This document shows, in pieces, positions 1 through 14,185 of a DNA stretch of 64,000 nucleotides. Numbering within the stretch: the stretch's first letter is position 1; each line of letters starts with the position of its first letter. The notes under the pieces were generated by a model. That model did not search any database. It worked only from the letters and a program-made list of their open reading frames with translations, and was not told the DNA's origin. This stretch comes from Eledone cirrhosa (taxonomy: Eukaryota). A program made the position numbers and the translations under genes. The stretch lies in NCBI GenBank assembly GCA_964016885.1, contig OZ024741.1, forward strand, positions 375,224,001-375,288,000, given 5' to 3'.

Positions 1-137
1 ATTCGCACCAAAAGGATAAACAGTTAGAAAATAAATATTACCAGGAAGTCCTCTGACGTCTTCGTGGTGCAGTTTGCAGCTACATTATGTCAATTCTCTG
101 GCTCGTATATATACTCACACCTGTGTATATGTGTGTA

Positions 138-208
<71 letters not shown>

Positions 209-389
209 AAGTTAGGTGTATGTGTAGAGAATTTCATTCATATATGTATATAGATTAGATATATGTTTTATGTAAAATAAAATTAATGTGTATAAAGAAT
301 TTATATGCCCTTGTAAATACTCCCATTGCAGTTGTGTTTGAGAAAATACTTCCTCTCACCATTTAGTTTTCTATATGTTTCCTACAACA

Positions 390-986
390 AAGGGTTGGCA
401 GAATTGGTAGAGCATCGGATAAATTGACATTGCTGTAGTTGTTCTGGCACTTTACATTCTGAATTCAAATTCTTCCACGGTCAACTTTGTCTGTTATCCT
501 TCCGAGGTCAATAAAATAAAGTATCAATGTTGTACTGGTGTTAATTTATCACCTTTGCCCTAACCCCACCAAAACAAACAAACAAAAATTTGCTAGCCTT
601 GTGTTTAAATTAGAAATCAATATATTCACTATATATGTATTGCCGGATTTTCATTAAACACATGTTAGTATTGGTGTTTAGTGGCACATACGTTCACTAT
701 TGATCTTTATTATTTTCCTCACCAGTAATACACTGGGATAATTGCTGGCCTTGTGTCAAAAGTAGAAACAATTATTTTCCTCACAATGGCGGTGAATTTG
801 CAGTATCGGTAGAGAGTCGGAGGTCATGCTTTCCAGCATAGTTACGTCCCTTTACGGTCTGAGTTCAAATCCCGTCAAGGTTAACTTTGCTTTTCATCCT
901 TACGGGGTCAATAAAATAAAGTACCAGTAATGCACTGAGTAATTGCTGGGCTTGTGCCAAAAGTAGAAACAATTATTTTCCTCACA
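390..986 (+). mobile_element. Cluster of tRNA-derived SINEs (family A: long A-B box spacing, tail gctggccttgtgccaaaagtagaaacaatt)
   Basis: A-box-like tggcagaattggtagag and B-box gagttcaaatccc. Copies at about 390-622, 723-770 (truncated) and 787-971. Confidence 0.8.
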
Positions 987-993
987 TATTTCT

Positions 994-3900
994 GTTAAGT
1001 TGCAAACATGTTCACTGTAAATATTTAGTTGCACCCATGTTCATTATTGGTGTTTAGTTGCACATATGCTCATTATTGGTGTTTGGTTGCACACATGTTC
1101 ACAATTGGTGTTTAGTTTCACATGTTTACTATTTGTGTTATATTACACACATGTTCACTGTAAATATTTAATTGTACGCAAATTCACTGTAAATGTTGTT
1201 TCACACATGTTCACTGTTGGTGTTAAATCGCACATGTTCACAATTGGTGGTTAGTTTCATGCACGTTACCTATGGTGTTTAATTGTACACATATTTACTA
1301 TTGGTGTTTAATTGCAGTCATGTTCATTGTAAATATTTAGTTGCACACATGCTCATTGTAAATGATTAGTTCCATACATGTTCACAATTGATGTTTAGTT
1401 TCACACATGTTCACTATTAGTGTTTAATTGCACACATGTTCACTATTGATGTTTAATTGCACATATGTTCACTATTAAAGTTAAATTGCACGCGTGTTCA
1501 CTATTGGTGTTTAATTGCACAGATGTTCACTGCAAATCTTTAGTTGCACACTTGTTCACTATAAATGTTTAGTTTCACACACCTGTTCACTGTAAATGTT
1601 TAGTTTAAGACACCTCTTTACTATAAATGTTTAATTGCACACACCTGTTCACTGTAAATGTTCAATTTCACACATATTCACTGTAAATCTTTAGTTGCAC
1701 ACATGATCACTATGAATATTTAATTGCACCTGCGTTAACTATTACTGTTCAGTTTCACACATGTTTACTATTACTGTTTAGTTGCACAGATGTTTACTTA
1801 TTGCTCAGTTGCACCACACGTTCATCATAAATCTTTAGTTGTTACATGTTTACATGTGAGGTTTAATTGCACACATGTTAACTATTAGTGTTTAGTTGCA
1901 CACATGTTCACTGTAAATCTTTAGTTGCACACCTGTTCACTGTAAATCTTTAGTTGCACACCTGTTCACTAGTAGTGTTTAGTTGCACACATATTTACTA
2001 GTAGTGTTTAGTTGCACACATATTTACTATTTAGATATAGTTGCACACATTTTCGGCGTTGAAGTTTAGTTGTACACATGTTCACTGTAAATTTTTAGTT
2101 GCACACCTGTTCACTATAAGTCTTTAGTTGCACACCTGTTCACTGTAAATCTTTAGTTGCAGATCTGCTCACTATAAATCTTTAGTTGCACACATCCTCA
2201 CTGTTCATCTTTAGTTGCACACATGTTAACTATATGTCTTTAGTTGCACACCTGTTCACTGTTAATCTTAAGTTACACACCTGTTCACTGTATATCTTTA
2301 GTTGCACATCTGTTCACTATAAATCTTTAGTTGCACACCTGTTCACTGTTAATCTTAAGTTACACACCTGTTCACTGTATATCTTTAGTTGCACGTCTGT
2401 TCACTATAAATCTTTAGTTGCACACATGTTCACTATATGTCTTTAGTTGCACACATCTGTTCACTGTTAATCTTTAGTTGCACACCTGTTCACTGTATAC
2501 CATTAGTTGCACACATGTTCACTATAAGTATTTAGTTGCACACGTGTTCACTATTGGTCTTTAGTTGCACACCTGTTCACTTTAAGTCTTTAGTTGCACA
2601 CATGTTCACTGTATATCTTTAGTTGCACACCTGTTCACTATAAATCTTTAGTTGCACACATGTTCACTGTTAATCTTTAGTTGCACACATGTTCACTATA
2701 TGTCTTTAGTTGCACACCTGTTCACTGTTAATATTTAGTTGCATACCTGTTCACTGTATACCATTAGTTGCACACCTGTTCACTATAAGTATTTAGTTGC
2801 ACACGTGTTCATTATTGATCTTTAGTTGCACACCTGTTCACTTTAAGTCTTTAGTTGCACACCTGTTCACTGTAAATCTTTAGTTGCACACCTGTTCACT
2901 ATAAGTCTTTAGTTGCACACCTGTTCACTGAATATGTTTAATTGCGCACATGTTCACTGTAAATGTTTAATTGCACACATGTTCACTGTAAATGTTTAAT
3001 TGCACACACGTTCATTAATAGTATTTAGTTTCAGATATATTCTCTATGAATATTTAGTTGCACAGATATTCACTGTTATTGTTTAATTCCACTGCGTTCG
3101 CTATTTGCCATTAGTTCCAAACATGTTCATCCCAGTTGTTTTAGCTTAAAAAATGTTCATTATAAATTTTAAATTTTGCATATGTTCAGTAATGGTGTTT
3201 AGTTGCACAACTGGTTACTAGAAACCTTTAGTTGCACATATGTTCACTATAAATGTTTAGTTTCACACACCTGTTCACTGTAAATGTTTAGTTTAAGACA
3301 CCTCTTTACTATAAATGTTTAATTGCACACACCTGTTCACTGTAAATGTTCAATTTCACACATATTCACTGTAAATCTTTAGTTGCACACATGATCACTA
3401 TGAATATTTAATTGCACCTGCGTTAACTATTACTGTTCAGTTTCACACATGTTTACTATTACTGTTTAGTTGCACAGATGTTTACTTATTGCTCAGTTGC
3501 ACCACACGTTCATCATAAATCTTTAGTTGTATACGTGTTTACATGTGAGGTTTAATTGCACACATGTTAACTATTAGTGTTTAGTTGCACACCTGTTCAC
3601 TGTAAATATTTAGTTGCACACCTGTTCACTGTAAATCTTAGGTTTCACACATGTTCACTGTAAATCTTTAATTGCACACCTGTTCACTATAAATCTTTAG
3701 TTGCACGCCTGTTCACTATAAATCTTTAGTTGCACACATGTTCACTGTAAATCTTTAGTTGCACATCTGTTCACTGTAAATCTTTAAGTGCACACCTGTT
3801 AATTATAATTCTTTAGTTGCACACCTGTTCACTGTAAATCTTAGGTTTCACACATGTTTACTGTAAATCTTTAATTGCACACCTGTTCATTATAATTCTT

Positions 3901-5800
3901 TAGTTGCACACCTGTTCACTGTAAATCTTAGGTTTCACACATGTTCACTGTAAATCTTTAAGTGCACACCTGTTCACTATAAATCTTTAGTTGCACACAA
4001 GTTCATTATAATTCTTTAGTTGCACACCTGTTCACTGTATATCTTAGGTTTCACACATGTTCACTGTAAATCTTTAATTGCACACCTGTTCACTATAAAG
4101 ATTTAGTTGCACACATGTTCACTGTAAATCTTTAGTTGCACACCTGTTCACTGTAAATCTTTAGTTGCACACCTGTTCACTGTAAATCTTAGGTTGCACA
4201 CATGATCACTATGAATATTTAATTGCACCTGCGTTAACTATTACTGTTCAGTTTCACACATGTTTACTATTACTGTTTAGTTGCACAGATGTTTACTTAT
4301 TGCTCAGTTGCACCACACGTTCATCATAAATCTTTAGTTGTATACGTGTTTACATGTGAGGTTTAATTGCACACATGTTAACTATTAGTGTTTAGTTGCA
4401 CACCTGTTCACTGTAAATATTTAGTTGCACACCTGTTCACTGTAAATCTTAGGTTTCACACATGTTCACTGTAAATCTTTAATTGCACACCTGTTCACTA
4501 TAAATCTTTAGTTGCACGCCTGTTCACTATAAATCTTTAGTTGCACACATGTTCACTGTAAATCTTTAGTTGCACATCTGTTCACTGTAAATCTTTAAGT
4601 GCACACCTGTTAATTATAATTCTTTAGTTGCACACCTGTTCACTGTAAATCTTAGGTTTCACACATGTTTACTGTAAATCTTTAATTGCACACCTGTTCA
4701 TTATAATTCTTTAGTTGCACACCTGTTCACTGTAAATCTTAGGTTTCACACATGTTCACTGTAAATCTTTAAGTGCACACCTGTTCACTATAAATCTTTA
4801 GTTGCACACAAGTTCATTATAATTCTTTAGTTGCACACCTGTTCACTGTATATCTTAGGTTTCACACATGTTCACTGTAAATCTTTAATTGCACACCTGT
4901 TCACTATAAAGATTTAGTTGCACACATGTTCACTGTAAATCTTTAGTTGCACACCTGTTCACTATAAATCTTTAGTTGCACACAAGTTCATTATAATTCT
5001 TTAGTTGCACACCTGTTCACTGTATATCTTAGGTTTCACACATGTTCACTGTAAATCTTTAATTGCACACCTGTTCACTATAAAGATTTAGTTGCACACA
5101 TGTTCACTGTAAATCTTTAGTTGCACACCTGTTCACTGTAAATCTTTAGTTGCACACCTGTTCACTGTAAATCTTAGGTTGCACACATGTTCACTGTAAA
5201 TCTTTAGTTGCACACCTGTTCACTGTAAATCTTTAGTAGCACACCTGTTCACTGTAAATCTTTAGTTGCACACATGTTCATTATAATTCTTTGGTTGCAC
5301 ACCTGTTCACTGTAAATCCTTAGTTGAACACCTGTTCACCATAAATCTTTAATTGCACACATGTTTACTGTAAATCTTTAGTTGCACACCTGTTCATTAT
5401 AATTCTTTAGTTGCACACCTGTTCACTGTAAATCCTTAGTTGCACACCTGTTCACCATAAATCTTTAATTGTACACATGTTTACTGTAAATCTTTAGTTG
5501 CACACATGTTCATTATAATTCTTTAGTTGCACACCTGTTCACTGTAAATCCTTAGTTGCACAACTGTTCACCAGAAATCTTTAATTGCACACATGTTTAC
5601 TGTAAATCTTTAGTTGCACACATCTTCACTGTAAATCTTTAGTTGTACACCTGTTCACTGTAAATGTTAATTGCACACCTGTTCACCGTTGGTGTTAAAT
5701 TGCATTCTCGTTTCACTATCTGTGTTTAATTGCACACATGTTCATTAATGGTATTTAGTTTCACACCTGCTCCCTATAAGTGTTTATTTGCACAGATGTT
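994..5800. repeat. 29-bp tandem satellite (consensus ttagttgcacacctgttcactgtaaatct), roughly 165 units, with higher-order repeats
   Basis: Units start at 1921 and 1950 (period 29). A diagnostic variant block recurs at 1702, 3390 and 4201. Degenerate units continue to about 6790. Confidence 0.95.
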
Positions 5801-5894
5801 GGCAGTTGATGATCCATTGCAGCCGCATTCACTATTTCACATTAGTTTCAAATATGTTTATTATTAATGTTTAGTTTCGCCCATCATTCAGTAT

Positions 5895-6152
5895 TGGTAT
5901 TTATTTACCCATATATTAGTGTTTAGTTTCACATATTTGCTCTATTGGTATTTATTGCCCATATATTAGTGTTTAGTTTCACATATTTTCTCTATTGGTG
6001 TTTATTGCCCATATATTAGTGTTTAGTTTCACATATTTGCTCTATTGGTGTTTATTGCCCATATATTAGTGTTTAGTTTCACATATTTGCTCTATTGGTA
6101 TTTATTGCCCATATATTAGTGTTTAGTTTCACATATTTGCTCTATTGGTGTT
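5895..6152. repeat. 50-bp tandem repeat (5 copies) derived from the 29-bp satellite
   Basis: atatattagt recurs at 5911, 5961, 6011, 6061 and 6111. Confidence 0.9.
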
Positions 6153-6352
6153 TGCACACACGTTCACTAGAAATGTTTAGGTTTAAAATTGTTCACTATT
6201 GATGTTGAATTACACGAATGTTCACTGTGAATGTTTAGTTTCAAATATTTTCATTTTTGTTTCTTTAGTTTCACACACGTTTGCGTTCCCTATTACCGTT
6301 TAGTTAGACGGGGGCTCATTTTTTGGGGCGATGGGGGTTGTTTAGTTCCACA

Positions 6353-6626
6353 GTGGAGGCATATGGTCTAGTGGTAAGGGTTAGACTTTCGATCATAATG
6401 TCGTGGGTTCAATTCCTGGACTGGGTTGTGTGTTGTGTTCTTGAGCAAAACACTTCATTTCACGTTGCTCCATTATACTGAGCTGAAATAGCTGGGGGTT
6501 TAACCCTGCGATAGATTGGCGTCATGTTCATGAGGGAGTCTTGTATTCTCAGTCGCTTCTTGCCATGGAAACCGAGATAAGCGCCAGCCTGACGAGCCTC
6601 TGAGCTCGAGACTTTAGACATTTTTT
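6353..6626 (+). mobile_element. tRNA-derived CORE-type SINE (family B) with 12-bp TSD
   Basis: A box tggtctagtgg, B box ggttcaattcc, CORE-like gtgttcttgagcaaaacacttc. TSD tttagttccaca at 6341-6352 and 6627-6638. Confidence 0.88.
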
Positions 6627-8017
6627 TTTAGTTCCACAAATGATTAGATTTTATGTTGAGTTTTGCACATGTTCACTTTTTAATGTTTCGTTTCACACAT
6701 GTTCACTTTTTAATGTTTTATTCCCACACCCGTTTACTTGTGATGTTTAATATAAGACAAGTTCACTATTGATAGTTTTAAAGATATTAACTATCATTGT
6801 TTTGTCTTCTCAGATGTTGTCGGTGATAATAGAACATAGCACATTGGTAGCTATACGAACAATAAGGTGCGATCTTAATGCCCAGTGTTATAGATATGTT
6901 GTGCATCTGCCCTGTTACAATTTATCCTAGTGTAAGCTCTGATCGATTAGACCTTTGATCAAAGGCATTTCAACCGTGATCATCCCGATATCTAGGACTA
7001 ACTTTTTCAATGTGATTTTCGTTTTTAAGATAATAGCTATGATTTAATACACAGATTGCTGCCATTACTAGCAGATCAAGCAATAACATAGATGTTCCTT
7101 GTTTGCTCCTCCATTTGAATATCATATTGTGCACTCATACGATAGTTTATCGTATGGGAATCGTTTTCAGCTTCAGGTTATTAGCTTTAACGGCAGTTTT
7201 TTGCCCCACATATAATTATAATGTGCTGCCTTTTTAACACTTCTTTCCCAACAAAATGTGAGTAGCAATTTTGACAGAAAATGTTTTCATGTATTACGTT
7301 TTTTTACTATTATTTTCATATACTTTATCAGAAATTCATTGCTTTAATCATAATTATACACTAAAATTATTATGAATGAATCTACTGTTGAAATGTTCTA
7401 CCTGGCCTTATTACTTAAGTTTTTCTGTCTCAAAATTGCGCTTAAAATGATAGCAAATATCATTTCATACTGAGTTTGTAATTTTCGTTCTACTTTCATA
7501 GTATATTTAAACCTAGTTATTTCAAGTTTTCTTTCGAATTAGCTAATTGTCTTAGCTAATTTTCTTATTTCTCTTCGTCAAGCCATTAATAATTAGCACA
7601 TATTTGTGTAACTGAGATTTAATGTAAGTGAAAACATTTTTGTTTCACACTATTTTTCTTTTCAAAATTTTCTGTAGTATTTAAACAAATGTTTTTTTTT
7701 TTATTATTAATCATCTAAAATTTCATCTTGTCTTTAAGTGCCTTTTGATTGAATTCAATATTTTGTATCGTCTTCGATTTCAGAAAAATGTCTTCCAGAT
7801 ATTTCATTAACTCAATTATAACATTGTTAAACAATTTTGAATTTTTTAAAGAATATTTGCAGTTGGATGACTGAATCTCATATGTAGCCCCCCCTCCCCC
7901 TCCTCCGCCAAGCATGAACAAAAAATGTAAGTGAAAGATTGTCAACTTTTTCATTACGCAAAATACAAACCGATATTTAAATTGATTGAAATTAGAATTT
8001 CACTCTTTTAATTAACA

Positions 8018-8380
8018 AGGGTCTTTGGTGTAACCTTCTCGATAGAGTGTGTAGCTCGAAGATCAGAGAGTCATTCCAGGTAGAGTCGCTACCTCTCCGA
8101 ATTGAGAGATCACAGCTCCGATATTATGGGCATGTGGTTAGAATGTCTCAGGAAAGAATCACTGGACAGATTTTACGAGCAAAACCAAGGGTAGATCTAC
8201 TCAAAGGTAGACCCCGAGCATGATGGTTGGATAAAATCCATGAGCTTGGCTGGTCTCGCTTGGGGATGCAGCTGGATCAGTTGGAGATGGTTGCTTCTGA
8301 CAGGACCCGCTGGAAGGAGTGTTTGAGGACTCTTCCCCTATGACCCTCTCAGGAATAAGTGAACGAAGAAGAAGAAAAAA
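8018..8380 (+). mobile_element. RTE-clade (Expander/Rex3-like) LINE, 3' fragment
   Basis: Translates LRIERSQLRYYGHVVRMSQER...GRPRA*WLDKI...WSRLG...ASDRTRW and ends in (GAA)n. Confidence 0.85.
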
Positions 8381-8823
8381 ATGAGGTCTTAATTAATTTC
8401 GTTTGAGTTTAAATTTTAACTTGAATTCAAATTAAATTCTTTATCCAATTTTGGATGTCGTAAACTTATTTTTACCAGCCTATTCATTCTAGTTCGATTC
8501 AGTTCCATGTTTGATATTTAATTTCCTCAGTGTTAATTTGTGTCTTTAATTTCATGAATGTTAATTACTTCTGATTAATTCTACATATGCTAACAATTGT
8601 TCTTCCAATTAATTAAGTGCAACAGAAATGATATGATATAATTAGCATTTTGATTTGAGTCTCAGAATATATATATATATATATATCCCGAGTTAAATCG
8701 GGGATAACCACAGTAAATAAGGTATTCAATAGAGTGTAAACATCAATATTTAATATAGGAATAGATTCTACATTCCTGATAATTTCGTTCGAATGAAACA
8801 CTTCTAGTCGTGTAGAAACCATT

Positions 8824-8886
<63 letters not shown>

Positions 8887-9499
8887 TGAGAGCTGAATGA
8901 AAGTACTGAGCAAATATATAAGGATTTTGCAAATATTTACCATATTAATGATAAATAATTTGATAACACCAAATTATTTATTGTCTTTTTCAAGTCGGAT
9001 TTAGCAATATTTTCCTATTATGGTAGCATTCTGTATATATAATACAACTGTATTTGCGAATCATGCTTTGTATCATAGCAGCTCGAGTGGTGTGTAAATA
9101 TACTTAGTGATGGGTTTGTTTTGTGTCATAACAGCTAATGAGCACTTTCCTATTTTATATATAAACTACTACAATGTGTAAATGTAAATATATATACTGA
9201 GCTCTTGTTTTATGTCGTAGCAGCTATAGTGAAGTGTAAATATATATATTGTTATGTGATAGTAATTACTCTATTATGAAAATAAATAAGTCTACAGTGT
9301 GTCTTAATGAGAAGATATACAGTGCTATGTACTGACGGAACACTAGATAACCAGGAGAAAAATAGTGCCATTTGAGAATATTTAGAAATGTGCCTTACAA
9401 TATTTGTTCTGAATCATGTCATATTGATTTCACTCTTTTGCTCTGAAATTGGAACTCAAAGTTCAAGAGATCGACCAGACATGTTCTGGTGGATGAGGG

Positions 9500-10100
9500 C
9501 AGTGAACATCATGGCCTTCACAGAACCTTCGAGACCGGTGACATTAATACCGTTAAAGTTGCAAATAAACAACTAATGCTCTTAACGTTGCAAATAGATG
9601 GTTGCAGAAAGAAAAAACATTCCAGAGAGTTGACGTTCTTGGAAGGAAGGACCGGGCGTAGTGTTTCGCGGGCGAGTCGGAAGTTCTTGAGTAAAGGTGG
9701 CACGAAAACAGCTTGGTCCAAAGAACAGAGGCAATTGTAGTAGCGGTAGAAAAGACAGAGAATATCCAGTATGTCTGTGGACCAAAGGTTGGAGTATGTT
9801 GATCAGCGGCTTCATGTTAATCAGTCAAATTACCTTTTTTAGTTGCGGTCTAGGGTATCTCTGTGTGTAGCAGCAGCACCGTCACAGATGTGGGAGCAAT
9901 ACTCCATTTTGATTGACTTCTGGTCTTTACGGTGTTGAAGTTTTACATATGTATGTTGTCGGTCGAGAATGAATTGAGATTCTTGACTAATTCCAACACT
10001 GTTACTGAACAATTTTTGTCAAGTGTAGGTAGCAATAGGTCGTTATCAAACTTAAAACGCTTAAATCGTACGTAACAAAAAATGGGAATCATCTTTGATG
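9500..10100 (-). mobile_element. Degenerate CR1-group LINE, 3' ORF2 fragment
   Basis: Frameshifted translation MEYCSHICDGAAATHRDTLDR...LQPLVHR...FYRYYNCLCS...SFLPRTSTLWN. Confidence 0.7.
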
Positions 10101-10224
10101 AATTCTTATTTATAGAATATTTTTGTAGTGATCGTCTTGAACACATAGACAGAGTGTTTCTATGCCTGATGTATTGTGATGATGTAATGTTAGTAATACG
10201 TTCCTTCTCTAGTTCATTTTGCTC

Positions 10225-10590
10225 TCTATCGAATATTGACCGACGAGAAATCTCCATACGTCCCGGTTGCAAACCCTGGTACAGGTCTGCTCCCAGGCCA
10301 GGCCGATGTCTACCAGGTTTTCGTGCTTCAACTTCAACTAAGTTTTAACATGTCTCCTTTGCTTCCTACGTCTCCTTCTGGCTTCCATGTTTCCACTAAA
10401 GAGGCGCTCACACTTGTCTTCGTAGGCATGGGTAGCACGAGCCCAAGCATTTTACGCCATCTTACGATGATGGTATTCTGTAAATTACTCAAGCTGGCCC
10501 TTTCCATGACTTCGTCATTTGTGATGTGGCCATGCCAAGAAATTCTATGTATGGCCCTAAGGCAACGTCTATAGAAGACATCTCTAGTTC
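10225..10590 (-). mobile_element. Degenerate RTE LINE C-terminal fragment
   Basis: FYRRCLRAIHRISWHGHITNDEVMERA...IGLAWEQ...NRDVWRFLV. Confidence 0.8.
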
Positions 10591-11379
10591 TGTAAATTCC
10601 ATTGTTTTTTTTGTTTTGTTTTTTTTCACGTCTCGCAAGCATAAATCGCCGTTGTTATGGCAATTAGCATATACAGAGGAAACGTAAGATATATTTTAGA
10701 ATAAAGTTTGGAAAATGGAAACTGAAACGTTTAAACTGTCTCTATAATAGAGCATAACATTACTGTGTGGAGATTGTAAATATACGTAGATATATTAGAA
10801 TTTATACCTTGGTTTATATTTCTGGGAGCAAATATTTAAAGAGAAACACCTGGAGGTTTGAAATAATCAACGAAAGAACTTGAGAATGTAATTTCTGCTC
10901 TCAGTTATTATAAATTCTTTCCCTTTCAATTCACCTTTATTGCAATTAATTCCTCAAACTCCTTCTTATTCCTCGTGCTATTAAATCTATTTCTCGGTGA
11001 TATTCTCTTAAATTGTTATGGTTTTTCTCACTTTTAAAACATAATTTACTTTTAAACATGTAATATATCTTTTTATATTGTGGTGTTTAACAATGATACT
11101 TCTTCTTTTCCCGAGTGTAATATCAAAGATTCTACTTTCAAATAAGAGATAATTCTAGTCTTCCTCATTTTTTCTTTCTTTTTTTTTTATATGAAATCAC
11201 CTGTGCCTTGTCATAAATGTGCCTTGACATAAATGCCAATAGCCTTATCTACCTAAATGTAAATCATATGCAATGGTATATATAGTTTACGTTATAATCA
11301 GCCAAGGTGATGTAATGAACGAATCTTTCTTTAGCTTGCATTGCTCAGTTCAATTTTTCTCATTTATTAAAAAAAGAGA

Positions 11380-11580
11380 GTATACTTTCGAGGTCAATAA
11401 AAAAAATAGCAGTCGAGTACTGGGCTCCATTCTTCTATATCTCTTTCTCTCTGGAAGAAATCGGCTTTGTTCAGACAGGGAGAAGGGATGGGCTCCACCA
11501 GTTTTTAAATGCCCCAGACACGTTATATGTAAATATGGCGCCCCTATCACCCCATTAGGAGTTATCGGTCAATACACACT
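11380..11580 (+). mobile_element. SINE family A variant with extended 3' body (homologous copies at 36680-37010 + and 60040-60390 -)
   Basis: All three loci share agtactggg..attcttc..tatatctc, ggaagaaatc, aaatg..cagacacg and ggagtta.cgg. Confidence 0.65.
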
Positions 11581-11599
11581 TATTGTTTGGCTTAAAGAC

Positions 11600-11963
11600 T
11601 CATGCGGTCGTCTTCCATGTCCTCGTGCCCCTCTTAAAACCTTTTGTATCACTCAAAAATTCGTGAGCGTGACATCGTCTTATCTCTGTACACTTGCTGC
11701 AGTATTCCAAGTGCTCCTGATAGAGTCCCAGCAGGACCAAAAACTTCAGATTGGTTTGTTGATTTGTGCCCATCCCTCGACGGCCTAAAATTGAGTTGTT
11801 AATAAAAGCATGTGAAAAAACATACAATCGCTGTAGAGAACTGATATCGCAGTTGTATACTCACTGGATATTACAGCACACGCTGACGCAATCCTCTAAT
11901 CCCTACCCCACTTATAGCTCTCACAGCGCTCTAAGTCCTGTTACTTTTATGACACACGCCGTA
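11600..11963 (-). mobile_element. Mariner-type DNA transposon, 5' part (TIR plus HTH of the transposase, pseudogenised)
   Basis: MGTNQQTNLKFLVLLG /frameshift/ ALGILQQVYRDKTMSRSRIFE*YKRF*EGHEDMEDD. TIR-like tacggcgtgtgtcataaaagtaacaggact. Confidence 0.8.
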
Positions 11964-12513
11964 TATAATTACGAGCTGAAAACTGTATGCCTTATCAGAA
12001 AAGTTATCTTGTATTTCATCAGGGTAAGGTTTGTGTTGTGAATATTAAAGGTAAATAAAAACTACACGAAGAGCAGTTTATTCTCGTGTCACCTTCAATA
12101 TTAATTGTCTTGATATGTCATCTGTGTAAAATATATATTATTTACTAGAATCTAAAGATGAATATATTTGTACAAAGTCGTTTTTTTTTTTTTACATTTT
12201 CATTTTCGAAGTTTTTCGTGACTAAAAAGAATGTCAAAACCTTTTTGCTAATTAAGTCTTCTTGTATATAAAATGATATACTTTGCGTTCTACGTATGTG
12301 CATGTGTGTGGGTGTAAGTATGTGAGAGTGTGTCTCCGTGAGTATATGTGTGTCTGTGTGTGACTGTGTGGTGAGGAGGTAAGTTCGCGGCAGAGTGTAT
12401 GATTTAATCTCGATGCCAAATTGGGACTGTTTCGCTTCTATCACTAATCGCCTTAGAGAAAACATGAATCAACTATCACATCCTTACCTTAAAGAATCAT
12501 GAATCTGCAGCTT

Positions 12514-12728
<215 letters not shown>

Positions 12729-13054
12729 AAGAATCAAAGAACTGTTCAAAACATTGTTATGCTTACAACTGTTTCCTCCAAACCGAGGTTTGGATTCTTC
12801 GGAGCAATTTATTAATGAATGAACACTTATATGACCTCCTTTTCACCCAAGAGACATACAGATACATATGCAAATATTGTGGGTAAACATTCATTACAGC
12901 ATTTAGAGTGGCAGTACACACTTAGAGATTACATTCATATTAAAAGATACAATAAAAAATACAGGTTAAAATACAACATGAAAATAAGCGGTTATATAGT
13001 GCAAAGGTTATATGTGTGGCAAGCACGTGCGTCTTGTTTATATAGTGTGGCAGA

Positions 13055-14185
13055 GAGAATCTCTAATCTTTCCTATGACGCAAACATATTTAGCAAAAAG
13101 TCACAATATTATAATCAAGCATTAGCTAGATCCGGCCATAATATAGAAATTGAGTTCCTACCTAAGAAAACGCATAACTACAACATCATCTCGCACAACA
13201 TGTCCATGAGGAAACCTAATAATAGGAATAGCAACCACAAGTACACCAAAGCGGAGTGTGCCACAGGAAGTAACCATTACCACGGAAACTACCGTAGTGC
13301 CTTAGGAAGAAACAACACACCAGACACTAAAAACAAAAATAGAAGAAGAAATAATACATTTTTCAACCCACCTTTCAACCTAAATGTCTCCACCAACATA
13401 CCTAGGGCTTTCTTCTCACTACTAGATAAAAACTTCCCCCTAGGACACAAGTACCACAACCTTTAAACAAAAACACTATTAAAATCTCATACTCTACGAC
13501 GCCTAACTTAGCATACCACATAGCTAGCAGCAATAAAAGTAAAATTAATTCTTACTTCCAACAAACGAAATCACAACAGGAGGTAAACCTTCTAAATACC
13601 CCTGTAGCAAGAGACCATAGTAACGGCAGTAACAATAGAAATAACACTAGTATAAGAAATAACACCGGGGTCGACAACCCGAATGTCCAAAATCCTATAG
13701 CTACCACCCAGACTTCTGCACTGCATTATAACCAGCAGACTAACACACAGGATAATTGTAACTGTAGAGCTAATAGAACCTGCCCTTTAGATAAAAAATG
13801 CCTAACCAAGGATGTCATATACTCATGCACCGTCACAACTAGAAACTCTTCAGAAACCTATGTAGGCTCCACTTCTAACTGCTTCAAAATCAGATATAAT
13901 TCGCACATCCACTCGTTCAAAAAGCACAGTCTAGCCAACTCCACCTCACTATCTAGCTACATACACTATCTAAAAACTAAAAATAAACCTAACACACTGA
14001 AATGGGAAGTGATAGGTAGCGCGACTTCGTACAAACCACCTAATAAATTTTGTAACCTCTGTATACTAGAGACCCACAATATTATCTTCTCTAACCGGAA
14101 CCTACTTAACAAAAAATCTGAAGTGTTTGCAACTTGCCAGCACCGCTTCAGACATTCCTTCCAAAACTTTAAGCCCAATATATAG
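13055..14185 (+). pseudogene. PLE RT-thumb/linker and GIY-YIG endonuclease remnant (1-nt frameshift near 13464)
   Basis: RISNLSYDANIF...FNPPFNLNVSTNI...NTIKISYS..PN...CNCRANRTCPLDKKCLTKDVIYSC...YVGSTSNCFKIRYNSH...CNLCILE...LLNKKSEVFATCQH. Confidence 0.85.

Noticed and set aside
994-5800. CRISPR-like array or coding repeat (ORFs 1066-1254, 2186-2446)
   Set aside because: Head-to-tail 29-bp units have no unique spacers, the period is not a multiple of 3, the context is eukaryotic and there are no cas genes.
6353-6425. tRNA genes at SINE heads
   Set aside because: A/B boxes run into SINE bodies with TSDs, and no full cloverleaf is evident.
11273-11788. 171-aa plus-strand ORF
   Set aside because: It spans a SINE body and the antisense strand of a mariner remnant, and has no protein family motif.
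12819-13054. N-terminal part of the 215-aa ORF and its twin at 15354-15602
   Set aside because: This is antisense read-through of the inverted pLTR; only the part from RISNLS onward is PLE protein.
13750-14185. Selenoprotein-type Naiad element (UGA-for-Cys plus SECIS)
   Set aside because: All motif cysteines I read are TGT/TGC, and I saw no convincing SECIS in the 3' region.
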